Source: Lachnospiraceae bacterium
GTDB lineage: Bacteria > Bacillota > Clostridia > Lachnospirales > Lachnospiraceae
NCBI GenBank assembly: GCA_017624115.1
Contig: JAGANQ010000029.1
Coordinates: forward strand, 5,148 to 37,147
Reading direction: 5' to 3'
Length of the DNA: 32,000 nt
Below, piece after piece: positions 1 through 7,572 of the stretch; within the stretch, counting starts at the first letter, position 1; each line of letters opens with the position of its first letter. The position numbers and the translations under genes were made by a program. The notes under the pieces were generated by a model, which did not search any database, was not told the origin of the DNA, and worked only from the letters and a program-made list of their open reading frames with translations.

Positions 1-1755
1 CTGATTGATAACAGCGATTCTGTCTGCATTCTGAATGGTAGAAAGCCGATGTGCGACGATGAAGGTTGTACGGTTTTTTACCAGATTGGAAATAGCCTCC
101 TGTACTTTCTTCTCAGAAATGCTGTCCAGTGCAGAGGTCGCTTCATCCAGAATAATGATTCTTGGGTTGCGGATTAAAGCCCGGGCAATAGAGATCCGCT
201 GGCGCTGTCCGCCGGATAAATTGCTGCCGTGCTCGTTGATGCGGGTATCCAGACCCTCGGGCAGACTTTCGATGAGGTCGGTCAGATTGGCAGCCTCAAT
301 GACGCGCATCAGTTCTTCATCAGAAACAGAAGAAAGACCGTAGGTGATATTTTCACGGATGGTTCCAGTGAAAAGAATACTGTTCTGAGGCACAACAGCC
401 AGATGGCTTCGGTAGCTTGGCAGATTTATGTCTGCCATATTGTGTCCGTCAATCAATACATGACCGGAGGTAGGTGTAATAAAGCCGATAATCATATTCA
501 AAATTGTGGTTTTGCCGGCACCTGAGCCTCCTACCAGTGCGATAGTCTCGCCCGGTACTGCGTGGAAATTAAAATGGTGCATGGTGTCATGGTCAGAATC
601 CTGATAACGGAAGCTGACATCCTGAAAAACAATGTCGCCGGTTACGTCTGAGAGCTTGATTTTATTGCGGTTATCCTCTATGTCGTGGGCAAGCAGGACG
701 TCACCGATGGAGTTGACAGATTCCAGCCCCTTGGAAATGGTCGGCAGCAGCGTGATGATGTTAGATACCTGATTGACAATCGTTGTAAAATAGCTCTGAT
801 ATAATACTACATCACCGACCTTGATACTGCCCTTATAGGCGAGGTAGCCGGTAAACCCAAGGCAGATAACCTGGAATATCTGGAAGGCAACCCAACTGAT
901 AGAAGAAAAATAACCCTGTGTAACGTCTAACAGATAGCCTTTATTGGCAACCTGGGTAAGCTGAGACTGCATCCGGTGGATTTCCTGAGCTTCCAGTCCA
1001 TGTGCGCGTGTGACGGGAATCAGCTCGACCATTTCCATCACGCGGGCAGAGGTTTCCTCCATTTCCTTGCGGAATTCACTGTTGCGGGTACGGATTTTGC
1101 TGCGGAAGGCAACGATAATGCAGGCAGCAACCGGAACCGTAAACAGGAAAAAGACAAATACAACGATGCTTTTTGTAATGACGACAGCCAGTGCAACTGC
1201 GATATTCATGGTGATGCTTAAGAGGCTGATAAAAAGCTGATGAGACAGTGTCTGTACCTGTTCTACATCACGCATAATCTTGGACTGGAGACGACCGGAC
1301 TGCATTTTGTTATGGTAGGGGATGGACAGCTGCTGCAGCTTCCTCACCAGAGAACAGCGCAGTCCGGCTTCCACATTACGGATAGCGCGGCTGTAAAATC
1401 TGACGTGAAAATAATTCGTCAGAACATTCTGTGCATTCATTACAATCATCAGTATGACGTTAAACAGAATAACCGTGACACTGGTTTCTGAAGGAACCGT
1501 GGCGGCATTGATAATATTGGCAGTCGCAATAGGCAGAATCCATACGGGCGAATGCTTGATAATAAAGAAAATACTGGAAGCAATCAGGCTTAAGTAATTT
1601 CCTTTATACAGGCTGATTAAAGTCCGCAGGCTGTGCCCTTTATTGCGGCGGTAGGTTTTCAGAAAATTATCCTCCTCACACAGCATATCCTCTGCTTCGG
1701 GAGGAAGATCACGCGGTTCGGGAATCGGCGGTGTTTCATAATCTTTAGCTTTCAT
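1..1755 (-). CDS. ABC transporter, fused permease/ATP-binding protein (type I exporter, MsbA/LmrA-like); C-terminus runs off the window
   Basis: It is not in the ORF track because it is open at the window edge. Reverse-strand ATG at 1755..1753 gives MKAKDYETPPIPEPRDLPPEAEDML..., and the frame stays open for 585 codons down to base 1. The 3' part encodes Walker A (GETIALVGGSGAGKTT), the ABC signature (LSGGQRQ) and Walker B (IIILDEATSALD), and ends ...TTFIVAHRLSTIQNADRIAVINQ at nt 1. The plus-strand ORFs listed at 35..1491 are antisense artefacts. Confidence 0.9.
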   Translation of the reverse strand, partial: MKAKDYETPPIPEPRDLPPEAEDMLCEEDNFLKTYRRNKGHSLRTLISLYKGNYLSLIASSIFFIIKHSPVWILPIATANIINAATVPSETSVTVILFNVILMIVMNAQNVLTNYFHVRFYSRAIRNVEAGLRCSLVRKLQQLSIPYHNKMQSGRLQSKIMRDVEQVQTLSHQLFISLLSITMNIAVALAVVITKSIVVFVFFLFTVPVAACIIVAFRSKIRTRNSEFRKEMEETSARVMEMVELIPVTRAHGLEAQEIHRMQSQLTQVANKGYLLDVTQGYFSSISWVAFQIFQVICLGFTGYLAYKGSIKVGDVVLYQSYFTTIVNQVSNIITLLPTISKGLESVNSIGDVLLAHDIEDNRNKIKLSDVTGDIVFQDVSFRYQDSDHDTMHHFNFHAVPGETIALVGGSGAGKTTILNMIIGFITPTSGHVLIDGHNMADINLPSYRSHLAVVPQNSILFTGTIRENITYGLSSVSDEELMRVIEAANLTDLIESLPEGLDTRINEHGSNLSGGQRQRISIARALIRNPRIIILDEATSALDSISEKKVQEAISNLVKNRTTFIVAHRLSTIQNADRIAVINQ

Positions 1756-1772
1756 TGACAGACCATCCTTAT

Positions 1773-1829
1773 TATAGTATTGAGTACCAGGGTCAAATCG
1801 TATTTTTGACCACATGCTACAATAGTATA
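1773..1829. repeat. 57-bp imperfect palindrome with nested arms: TATAGTATTG...GGTCAAA-n7-TTTGACC...CAATAGTATA
   Basis: The inner arms GGTCAAA (1791-1797) and TTTGACC (1805-1811) and the outer arms TATAGTATTG (1773-1782) and CAATAGTATA (1820-1829, 9/10 complementary) share one centre at about 1801. The left arm contains GTACCAGGGTCAAA, which is related to the motif at 1971 and 26021. Confidence 0.6.
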
Positions 1830-1902
1830 GCAAAATCTGATGTGAGAAAGCAACAGATAAAATGGTACTTATTTACAATTTTATAAATTTTTCTAATAAA
1901 GG

Positions 1903-1931
1903 TAGAAAAAAAAGCCGATATAAACTATAAT
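1903..1931 (+). promoter_or_regulatory. Candidate sigma-A-type promoter for the Big_2 surface protein gene
   Basis: TAGAAA (1903-1908), a 17-nt spacer, then a perfect TATAAT (1926-1931). The -35 is weak. This start would put the 40-bp palindrome in the 5' UTR. Confidence 0.35.
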
Positions 1932-1970
1932 GGTACTAGTCAAGGCTTGCGCAGCCGGAGGCTGCATTAC

Positions 1971-2010
1971 ATGATACCAGGGTCAAAAGACCTTTTGACC
2001 CCGACATCAT
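1971..2010. promoter_or_regulatory. 40-bp palindrome ATGATACCAGGGTCAAAAG-AC-CTTTTGACCCCGACATCAT (candidate operator or RNA hairpin)
   Basis: The central 20 bp, GGTCAAAAGACCTTTTGACC (1981-2000), is perfectly self-complementary. The outer arms match at 16/19 positions. It lies 56 bp upstream of the ATG at 2066. The left arm is identical over 19 nt to the reverse strand of 26025-26043. Confidence 0.6.
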
Positions 2011-2065
2011 TACATAGAAAATAGGCGAAAGCTTGTAAGATAGAGACATTCAGGAGGATGGACAA

Positions 2066-5000
2066 ATGAAACGGTTACGTTTAAGAAAAATATGGGTTGT
2101 GCTGGCAGTGCTGCTTCTGATGGCACCACTGTTAAATAGAATGGCAGGGCGTGCAATGGCTACACAGCCGACAACGCCAGGAACAGGCAATGAGAATCCG
2201 AGTTTGGGATATTCCATAAATTTTCTGGTATATGATGAGCAGGCTAATGACGGAGCGGGAGGATATATACCGGATGACGGAAGCTCTATGCCGCAGTTTG
2301 ACTTAACACCGCCGGAGAACTCGGGTACTGGATTTGAGACACCAAATGCAGCAAGTATTAAGGCAATGATTATGCTGAACGGGGAAGAAGCGGTAGATTT
2401 AACCAGTGAATATACAATACAGTGGAAGTGCTATGTAAATGGGCAGGATATTATGACGCAGACGGATAATGATGTTATGTCCCTTAACCCGATTGGCAGT
2501 TCTGTAGGAACATCATATGTATGTGATATGATGGCTAAGGCAGCAGGTATTTTAAGATTTCAATTTGAAGTAGTTGCTACAAGTACAACGAATCCAGATT
2601 TTGTAATGAATATATCCAGAAATGCGCTCATTACTGTTCCGCTTCAGATATATAATAAAAATACCAGTGGAGGATATTATAGGTATGCTTATGTAGAACC
2701 TAATGGAAATACAGATGTTTTGGTTAATAATGCGGCATCCTCGGATGTTCACTGGTATTATCTTGATTTGGAAACAGATGAGTACATAAAATTGGAAAAT
2801 CCTGCTACGTTTGAGAGAAACGAGCCAAAAAGTAACAGCTACCTTGTAACATCTGTTGGGGCGCCAGTTAAGGATACAAATGAGACAAAGACTGTTTATC
2901 GATATAATGTTGTGGCAGGACAATATGGTGGTATTTCTAAATTGGTAGCGAGAGTGTACTTAAATAATGACAGCCAGTCGGATAATTATATTGAACAGAC
3001 ATTTGATTTCCTTATAAAAGCAAAGACAAAGACAGGTTTTTCAGAAATAGATTTGGAGTACGGAGAATCGAAACGTTTTCAGGACATTTCTAATGACCAT
3101 GGAGACAGTTTGGAATGGTATGAAGGAGAAAATAACTTTAACACTACATTTTTATCGGGAGTAGTTGACCTAGTTAAAGGTACAGGTGTGGTTGGTAAAA
3201 ATTGGGGAGTAGCAGAGCTTTATCTGACCTCAGTACCTGCATTTAAAAGTTGGGAAGTTTTTCAGAATATTAACAATCAGGTAAAAGATAGAATTGTTTT
3301 TAAGACAAAATTTTCGGTACTAAAGGGTGAGGTAATAGAGGAACGTGTAAAGGTGGATTCCTATGAAGTCGTGGATATGGGTGGAAAAATTACCCTTTCT
3401 ACAAATGTAGCTGGAACAGGTCACACTTACACGTGGGAATATTTTGATGGTGGTGCATGGATTGATATAACATCGTCTGCTACGAGGAATGACTATCTGG
3501 AATATGTTACAGGAGTGTCTTCAGCAGGAGCAGATAATAAATCTATGATTGTATTAAAAGGCGTAAAGCCTGGTCTGGTCGAACTTAGATGTATCGTTAG
3601 GGGCGGTGAGATTGATAGTACAGCAGAAGGCGAGCTGAAGCAGACGCTGACAATTAAGGTAGTAGATTCCATTACACTGAGTGAAAGCAGGAAGACGATT
3701 CCTGTCGGAACAAGCTTTGAGTTAAATGCTTATACCAGCAGTACAGGAACAATTACGTGGACCAGTAGCAATGAAAATTACGTGACAGTAGATCCAACCG
3801 GTTCTACAGTTACCGTTACGGGTGTGGCTGTATCAGGTAATGAGTGGATTACGATAACGGCAACTCAGGTTTCGAGTGGTAGAACAGCGACCTGTAGAGT
3901 TAAAGTGGTAGAAGCACTTTCCACAGTGACTATTGAAGGCGATACAGTTATTGCTAAGGATGGACTGGGAAATTTAGAGCTTGTATTCTCGGGAAGAGAT
4001 CCAGGTTATACAAAGGATGAGATTAAATGGGTACTGAAAAATAAGAATGGAGTAGAAGCTGATACGATTCTTTCTTTAGAGGAAAGTGAGGCTGATATTA
4101 AAAAAGCTACAATTAGAGGTCTGGAAGTTGGTGAGGCATATGTAGCGGTAGTAGCAAATGACTCTGTTCAGACAGAGATAGCGGTTACGACGGTTCGGGT
4201 TGTTACTTCACCGGAAGGACTGGAAATAGATGCAGGAGAAAAGGTAATAGATTATTTGCAGAGTGGCAGTTATACACTGAAAGCTACAGTTTTACCAAAG
4301 GGTTATGTGGATGAAGAACTGGAAATTTTGTGGAGCTCTAATAATGAAGCAATTGCTACAGTAGAGGTAGAAGGAGATGATACAAAAGTAGCAGTAGTCA
4401 CATATCATGCAGTTGGTGATGTTCGAATTACAGCAGTAGTAAAGGGAATTCCATCAGCGACAGATTTTTGTGATTTTAATATTCAGAATCCGGCAACAGG
4501 TGTCGAATTAGAACCGTCTGGAGAGTATAGAATGAAGGTTGGGGAAACTGTCCAGATGAAAGCAACGGTTGTGCCGGATAATGTTACAGATGCGAGTGTA
4601 ACATGGAGCAGTTCAGATGAATCTATTGTAACTGTGGATAAATATGGATTAGTAACGGCTGTTGCTGCAGGAAGTGCGACGGTTACGGTGACCACTTCGA
4701 ATGGATTAAAAAATTCCTGTATTATTATAGTATTAACTCCAACAGAAGGAATTGAGTTAAATTATACGAATGTAACAGTTAAAAAGGGTACAATATTTTA
4801 TCTGAGCGCAAAAGTAACACCCGACAGCGCATATGACAAATCAGTTACTTTTACTTCATCAGATGATACCATAGCAACAGTAGAGTCGGACGGTACGGTA
4901 ACTACTCTCAAGGTGGGAACCGTTGAAATTCTGGTTACAAGTAATGATAAGCCTGAATTATCGGCGATCTGTACCGTAACAGTTATAGAAGCTGTGTCTG

Positions 5001-6217
5001 GTCTTACTCTGAACTCGCGTGAAGAGACGATTAAGGTAGGAGAGCAGTTCCTGTTAAAAGCAACGGTTCGTCCGAGTGATGCTGTGAATACAGCAGTTAC
5101 CTTTGAATCGGCAGACCCTTCGATTGCGACTGTAGATGAGAATGGTCTGATTACCGGTGTGAAGGGCGGCGTGACGGTTATCATAGTAAAGACAGTAGAG
5201 CGTGGACTGATGGCAAGCTGTACGATTACCGTACAGGAGGATATTACCTCAATTACCCTGAGCGAAACAGAGACGTATGTCGGCAAGGGCAAGAATAAGA
5301 AGATAACAGCAACGATTCTGCCTACGAGTGCGACAAAGAAGAAGCTGCTCTGGACATCCAGTGATGAATCCATCGTTATTGTCGACCATGAAGGAAATAT
5401 TCACGGTGTAAATCTTGGTACGGCAATTATCACAGCTACTGCACAGGATGACGGCAAGATATCGGCTACCTGTAAGGTTACAGTCGTGGATGAGACGACA
5501 GAGATTATTCTGAATCAGAGCATTATCCGTATTATGCAGAATGATACCTATCAGCTTACCTATACGATAAGACCGGATTATGCTTCGGTGAAGCGGGTGA
5601 GCTGGTCGACATCGGATGCCTCGGTTGCCAGAGTAGACAGTCTTGGGCTGGTAACAGGTATCGGTGAAGGCGAAGCGAAGATTCGTGCAACCGCTGCAGA
5701 CGGAAGCGGAGTATATGCGGAATGTACGGTTATCGTGAAGCCGTTGATACCGGCAACCAGTGTAACGGTAAATACATCATCTACAACTATGATAATAGGT
5801 GACAGCAGAACACTGACAGCAAGAATGCTTCCAAGAAGTACTACGGAAGGGCTGCGCTGGGTATCAGATGATACTTCTGTTGTCAGAATAGATAATAACG
5901 GAAATGCAACTGCAGTAGGTCCGGGAGTCTGCCATGTTACAGCTATATCCAGCGTTACGGGTCTGGAAGGCAGCTGCACAATTACGGTGCTTGGTATGAA
6001 TGCAAGCACGGTCACTCTGGAACAGTATGATACGTTCGATCTTTACTTGGACGGAGTCACGGGAGGTGTTACATGGTTCTCAAGAAATAAGCGTGTGGCA
6101 ACTGTCTCCAAAAAAGGACTTGTAACAGCGAGAAGAGAAGGAACTACTGATATAGTCGCAAGAGTAAACGGTAAGATGGTTTCATGTGAGATTACGGTAG
6201 AGAAACTTAAAAAATAA
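2066..6217 (+). CDS. Large secreted/surface protein with 10 tandem bacterial Ig-like (Big_2) domains
   Basis: The RBS AGGAGGA lies just upstream of the ATG. The signal peptide reads MKRLRLRKIWVVLAVLLLMAPLL...GRAMA. From about aa 530 there are ten units of about 85-90 aa with the Big_2 signature, for example ITWTSSNENYVTVD, VTWSSSDESIVTVDKYGLVTAV, VTFTSSDDTIATVESDGTVT, LLWTSSDESIVIVDHEGNIHGV and VSWSTSDASVARVDSLGLVTGI. I did not recognise the N-terminal region of about 530 aa. There is no LPXTG or other C-terminal anchor (the protein ends ...ITVEKLKK). Confidence 0.9.
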   Translation: MKRLRLRKIWVVLAVLLLMAPLLNRMAGRAMATQPTTPGTGNENPSLGYSINFLVYDEQANDGAGGYIPDDGSSMPQFDLTPPENSGTGFETPNAASIKAMIMLNGEEAVDLTSEYTIQWKCYVNGQDIMTQTDNDVMSLNPIGSSVGTSYVCDMMAKAAGILRFQFEVVATSTTNPDFVMNISRNALITVPLQIYNKNTSGGYYRYAYVEPNGNTDVLVNNAASSDVHWYYLDLETDEYIKLENPATFERNEPKSNSYLVTSVGAPVKDTNETKTVYRYNVVAGQYGGISKLVARVYLNNDSQSDNYIEQTFDFLIKAKTKTGFSEIDLEYGESKRFQDISNDHGDSLEWYEGENNFNTTFLSGVVDLVKGTGVVGKNWGVAELYLTSVPAFKSWEVFQNINNQVKDRIVFKTKFSVLKGEVIEERVKVDSYEVVDMGGKITLSTNVAGTGHTYTWEYFDGGAWIDITSSATRNDYLEYVTGVSSAGADNKSMIVLKGVKPGLVELRCIVRGGEIDSTAEGELKQTLTIKVVDSITLSESRKTIPVGTSFELNAYTSSTGTITWTSSNENYVTVDPTGSTVTVTGVAVSGNEWITITATQVSSGRTATCRVKVVEALSTVTIEGDTVIAKDGLGNLELVFSGRDPGYTKDEIKWVLKNKNGVEADTILSLEESEADIKKATIRGLEVGEAYVAVVANDSVQTEIAVTTVRVVTSPEGLEIDAGEKVIDYLQSGSYTLKATVLPKGYVDEELEILWSSNNEAIATVEVEGDDTKVAVVTYHAVGDVRITAVVKGIPSATDFCDFNIQNPATGVELEPSGEYRMKVGETVQMKATVVPDNVTDASVTWSSSDESIVTVDKYGLVTAVAAGSATVTVTTSNGLKNSCIIIVLTPTEGIELNYTNVTVKKGTIFYLSAKVTPDSAYDKSVTFTSSDDTIATVESDGTVTTLKVGTVEILVTSNDKPELSAICTVTVIEAVSGLTLNSREETIKVGEQFLLKATVRPSDAVNTAVTFESADPSIATVDENGLITGVKGGVTVIIVKTVERGLMASCTITVQEDITSITLSETETYVGKGKNKKITATILPTSATKKKLLWTSSDESIVIVDHEGNIHGVNLGTAIITATAQDDGKISATCKVTVVDETTEIILNQSIIRIMQNDTYQLTYTIRPDYASVKRVSWSTSDASVARVDSLGLVTGIGEGEAKIRATAADGSGVYAECTVIVKPLIPATSVTVNTSSTTMIIGDSRTLTARMLPRSTTEGLRWVSDDTSVVRIDNNGNATAVGPGVCHVTAISSVTGLEGSCTITVLGMNASTVTLEQYDTFDLYLDGVTGGVTWFSRNKRVATVSKKGLVTARREGTTDIVARVNGKMVSCEITVEKLKK

Positions 6218-6247
6218 AAGAGGCGTATGCCTCTTTTATTTTTTTTG
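6218..6247. terminator. Bidirectional rho-independent terminator between convergent genes
   Basis: The hairpin is AAGAGGC-gtat-GCCTCTT (6218-6235). It is followed by a TTATTTTTTTT run on the + strand and by a T-rich run on the - strand. It overlaps the stop of the 94-aa gene. Confidence 0.8.
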
Positions 6248-6520
6248 CTTTGACAGCATCATTGCCAGTTTGCGGATGGTTTCTACACGATTTTTTTCCT
6301 CCGGTGACATATTCTCGGTCAGAACAGACATAATCAAATCTGTCTCATTATCATCAAAAGACATTCCCATAGAGCTTGCCTTTGCGGAAGCAGCCATAAA
6401 GAAGGGGATTAACTCGTCCTTTGATTTGGAATTTGCCTGTCCAAGAAGCTGATTCAGTAAGAGAAGCTTTTGCGGATTGATATTTTGAAAAGCGGGATTG
6501 TTTATCCAGTTATTATCCAA
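6236..6520 (-). CDS. Hypothetical small protein (94 aa)
   Basis: TTG start at 6520 preceded by AAAGGAG at good spacing. It lies 30 nt downstream of the 158-aa gene on the same strand. I recognised no motif. No signal peptide or TM segment is apparent. Confidence 0.65.
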   Translation of the reverse strand: MDNNWINNPAFQNINPQKLLLLNQLLGQANSKSKDELIPFFMAASAKASSMGMSFDDNETDLIMSVLTENMSPEEKNRVETIRKLAMMLSKQKK

Positions 6521-6550
6521 GATAATACTCCTTTCCTATAATGATTGCTC

Positions 6551-7027
6551 CTATTTAACAGAATTGAGGAGCGAAGAGTAGGTATCGAACATGTTTTTCT
6601 GTTCAGGGGAAAGCATGCTTTTTAAAGCGTCCATAGGATTCGGCGATTCCTGAGAGGTATTTTCGCCGCCTTTGCTCATGCCTTCATTTGGAAAAAGCTC
6701 GCGGTAGGAGTGGTACATGCGGAAGGCACTGAAAAAATTCATAAAAAGATCCAGCATTTCCCTTTCACTGTCGCTGCAGTACTTTTTAATGGCGTTTAAC
6801 ATTTCCGTAGTATTTTTTTTGTTTTCTGATACAGAACAGATGCCGACACTCTGCGTTTCTTTCCTTTGGAGGAGCTTCATGGTATTGGAAAGCTCCAGAC
6901 TCTTTACATAGAGGGAAAGAACCTGTTGACCGCTGGCAGGAATGTAGGGAATCGCTGCTTTCAGCATCTGCAGATGCGGGTCACAAATCAGATTGTCAAA
7001 GTCCGTCAGTTCTTTTGATGTGTCCAT
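6551..7027 (-). CDS. Hypothetical protein (158 aa)
   Basis: ATG at 7027 preceded by AAAGGAAG. It is a clean ORF with no recognisable family. It appears soluble, with an acidic/Ser-rich C-terminal third. Confidence 0.7.
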   Translation of the reverse strand: MDTSKELTDFDNLICDPHLQMLKAAIPYIPASGQQVLSLYVKSLELSNTMKLLQRKETQSVGICSVSENKKNTTEMLNAIKKYCSDSEREMLDLFMNFFSAFRMYHSYRELFPNEGMSKGGENTSQESPNPMDALKSMLSPEQKNMFDTYSSLLNSVK

Positions 7028-7056
7028 GACAAAGCTTCCTTTTTTTGTTCTCGCTA

Positions 7057-7113
7057 ATTATATGACATAGGACAGATAACTATGATAGCGGAAAAAAATT
7101 ATTGTCATATAAT
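7057..7113. promoter_or_regulatory. Pair of mirrored -10 elements (TGTCATATAAT on both strands) for divergent small-gene transcription
   Basis: ATTATATGACA (7057-7067) and TGTCATATAAT (7103-7113) form a perfect 11-bp inverted repeat, 35 bp apart. Each points toward a gene start about 30-40 nt away (7027 on the - strand, 7145 on the + strand). Neither has a good TTGACA -35. The minus-strand copy reads TCATAGT-14 nt-CATATAAT, which resembles my recollection of the sigma-E consensus. Confidence 0.4.
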
Positions 7114-7144
7114 AAACATATGAAACCATGCAGGAGGGAGAAAT

Positions 7145-7294
7145 GTGAAACGGAAATTATATGTTGATGGAAACACCGTATATGGCATAGACGAGGAATG
7201 TATGAAGAGAAAACAGAAACGGGAGGAAAAAGAAAGAGAAAGCTATCTGGTTGTTCTGATGAGTGCTTCATACAGGGAATCGCTTAAAAAATAA
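7145..7294 (+). CDS. Small hypothetical protein (49 aa, GTG start), below the ORF-track size cutoff
   Basis: GGAGG (7133-7137) lies 7 nt before GTG 7145. The translation is (M)KRKLYVDGNTVYGIDEECMKRKQKREEKERESYLVVLMSASYRESLKK. The TAA stop at 7292-7294 sits just before the strong hairpin at 7297-7326. Confidence 0.5.
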   Translation: MKRKLYVDGNTVYGIDEECMKRKQKREEKERESYLVVLMSASYRESLKK

Positions 7295-7296
7295 AG

Positions 7297-7326
7297 GAAA
7301 AGACCTGGCGTTTGCCAGGTCTTTTC
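7297..7326. terminator. Bidirectional rho-independent terminator
   Basis: A 13-bp perfect stem, GAAAAGACCTGGC-gttt-GCCAGGTCTTTTC. T-rich sequence follows on the - strand (TTCCTTTATTTTTT) and TTTTC on the + strand. It lies between the convergent 49-aa ORF and the Cys/Gly-rich ORF. Confidence 0.8.
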
Positions 7327-7341
7327 GGGATACTGTGGGAA

Positions 7342-7572
7342 TTAGCAGATGGAATTGCATCCGTTGCCGAAGCCGCCGCACAGAAGTAACAGGATGATGA
7401 TGAGACAGCTGCAGTCACCGCATCCGCAATTTCCGCCGCAGCTACCGCCACAGTTTCCACCCCAGTTACCGCCACAGCAGAACAGGATTAAGATAAGGAA
7501 CAGGATATTACAGCTATTGTTTCCTCCATCACAACCACATCCACAGTTTCCACCACAATTTGTTGCTGCCAA
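7342..7572 (-). CDS. Cys/Gly-rich two-repeat small protein (76 codons); start uncertain, possibly 5'-truncated or pseudogenised
   Basis: The translation is (L/M)AATNCGGNCGCGCDGGNNSCNILFLILILFCCGGNWGGNCGGSCGGNCGCGDCSCLIIILLLLCGGFGNGCNSIC. It is two copies of a module made of a CGN-rich stretch followed by an 8-9-residue Ile/Leu run. The TAA stop lies 15 nt before the terminator hairpin. There is no in-frame ATG or GTG. The only possible start is TTG at 7572, with no SD upstream, and it sits inside a long palindrome. From memory, similar clostridial ORFs are often auto-annotated as chorion high-cysteine-like. Confidence 0.45.
   Translation of the reverse strand: MAATNCGGNCGCGCDGGNNSCNILFLILILFCCGGNWGGNCGGSCGGNCGCGDCSCLIIILLLLCGGFGNGCNSIC

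Noticed and set aside
35-1491. Five plus-strand ORFs (76-102 aa) listed in the track at the left end
   Set aside because: All lie antisense inside the long minus-strand ABC exporter reading frame, which carries clear Walker A, signature and Walker B motifs. None has an RBS or a recognisable motif.
1783-1800. Resemblance of AGTACCAGGGTC to the FapR operator half-site (TTAGTACCWGGTACTAA, as I recall it)
   Set aside because: Only about one half-site matches and the symmetric partner is different (GGTCAAA/TTTGACC). The flanking genes have nothing to do with fatty-acid synthesis.
1967-2020. Micro-ORFs beginning MIPGSK (ATG ATA CCA GGG TCA AAA) created by the shared motif at 1971 and, on the reverse strand, at 26043
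   Set aside because: The peptides diverge immediately after the motif. The copy at 26043 has no SD and overlaps the -10 box. The copy at 1783 has no start codon. The DNA-level palindromic symmetry explains the conservation better than coding does.
2552-6015. Minus-strand ORFs inside the Big_2 gene (2552..2923, 4483..4695, 4798..5373, 5578..6015)
   Set aside because: They are antisense shadows of a repeat-rich, well-supported plus-strand CDS. They have low-complexity Ser/Thr/Val composition and no RBS.
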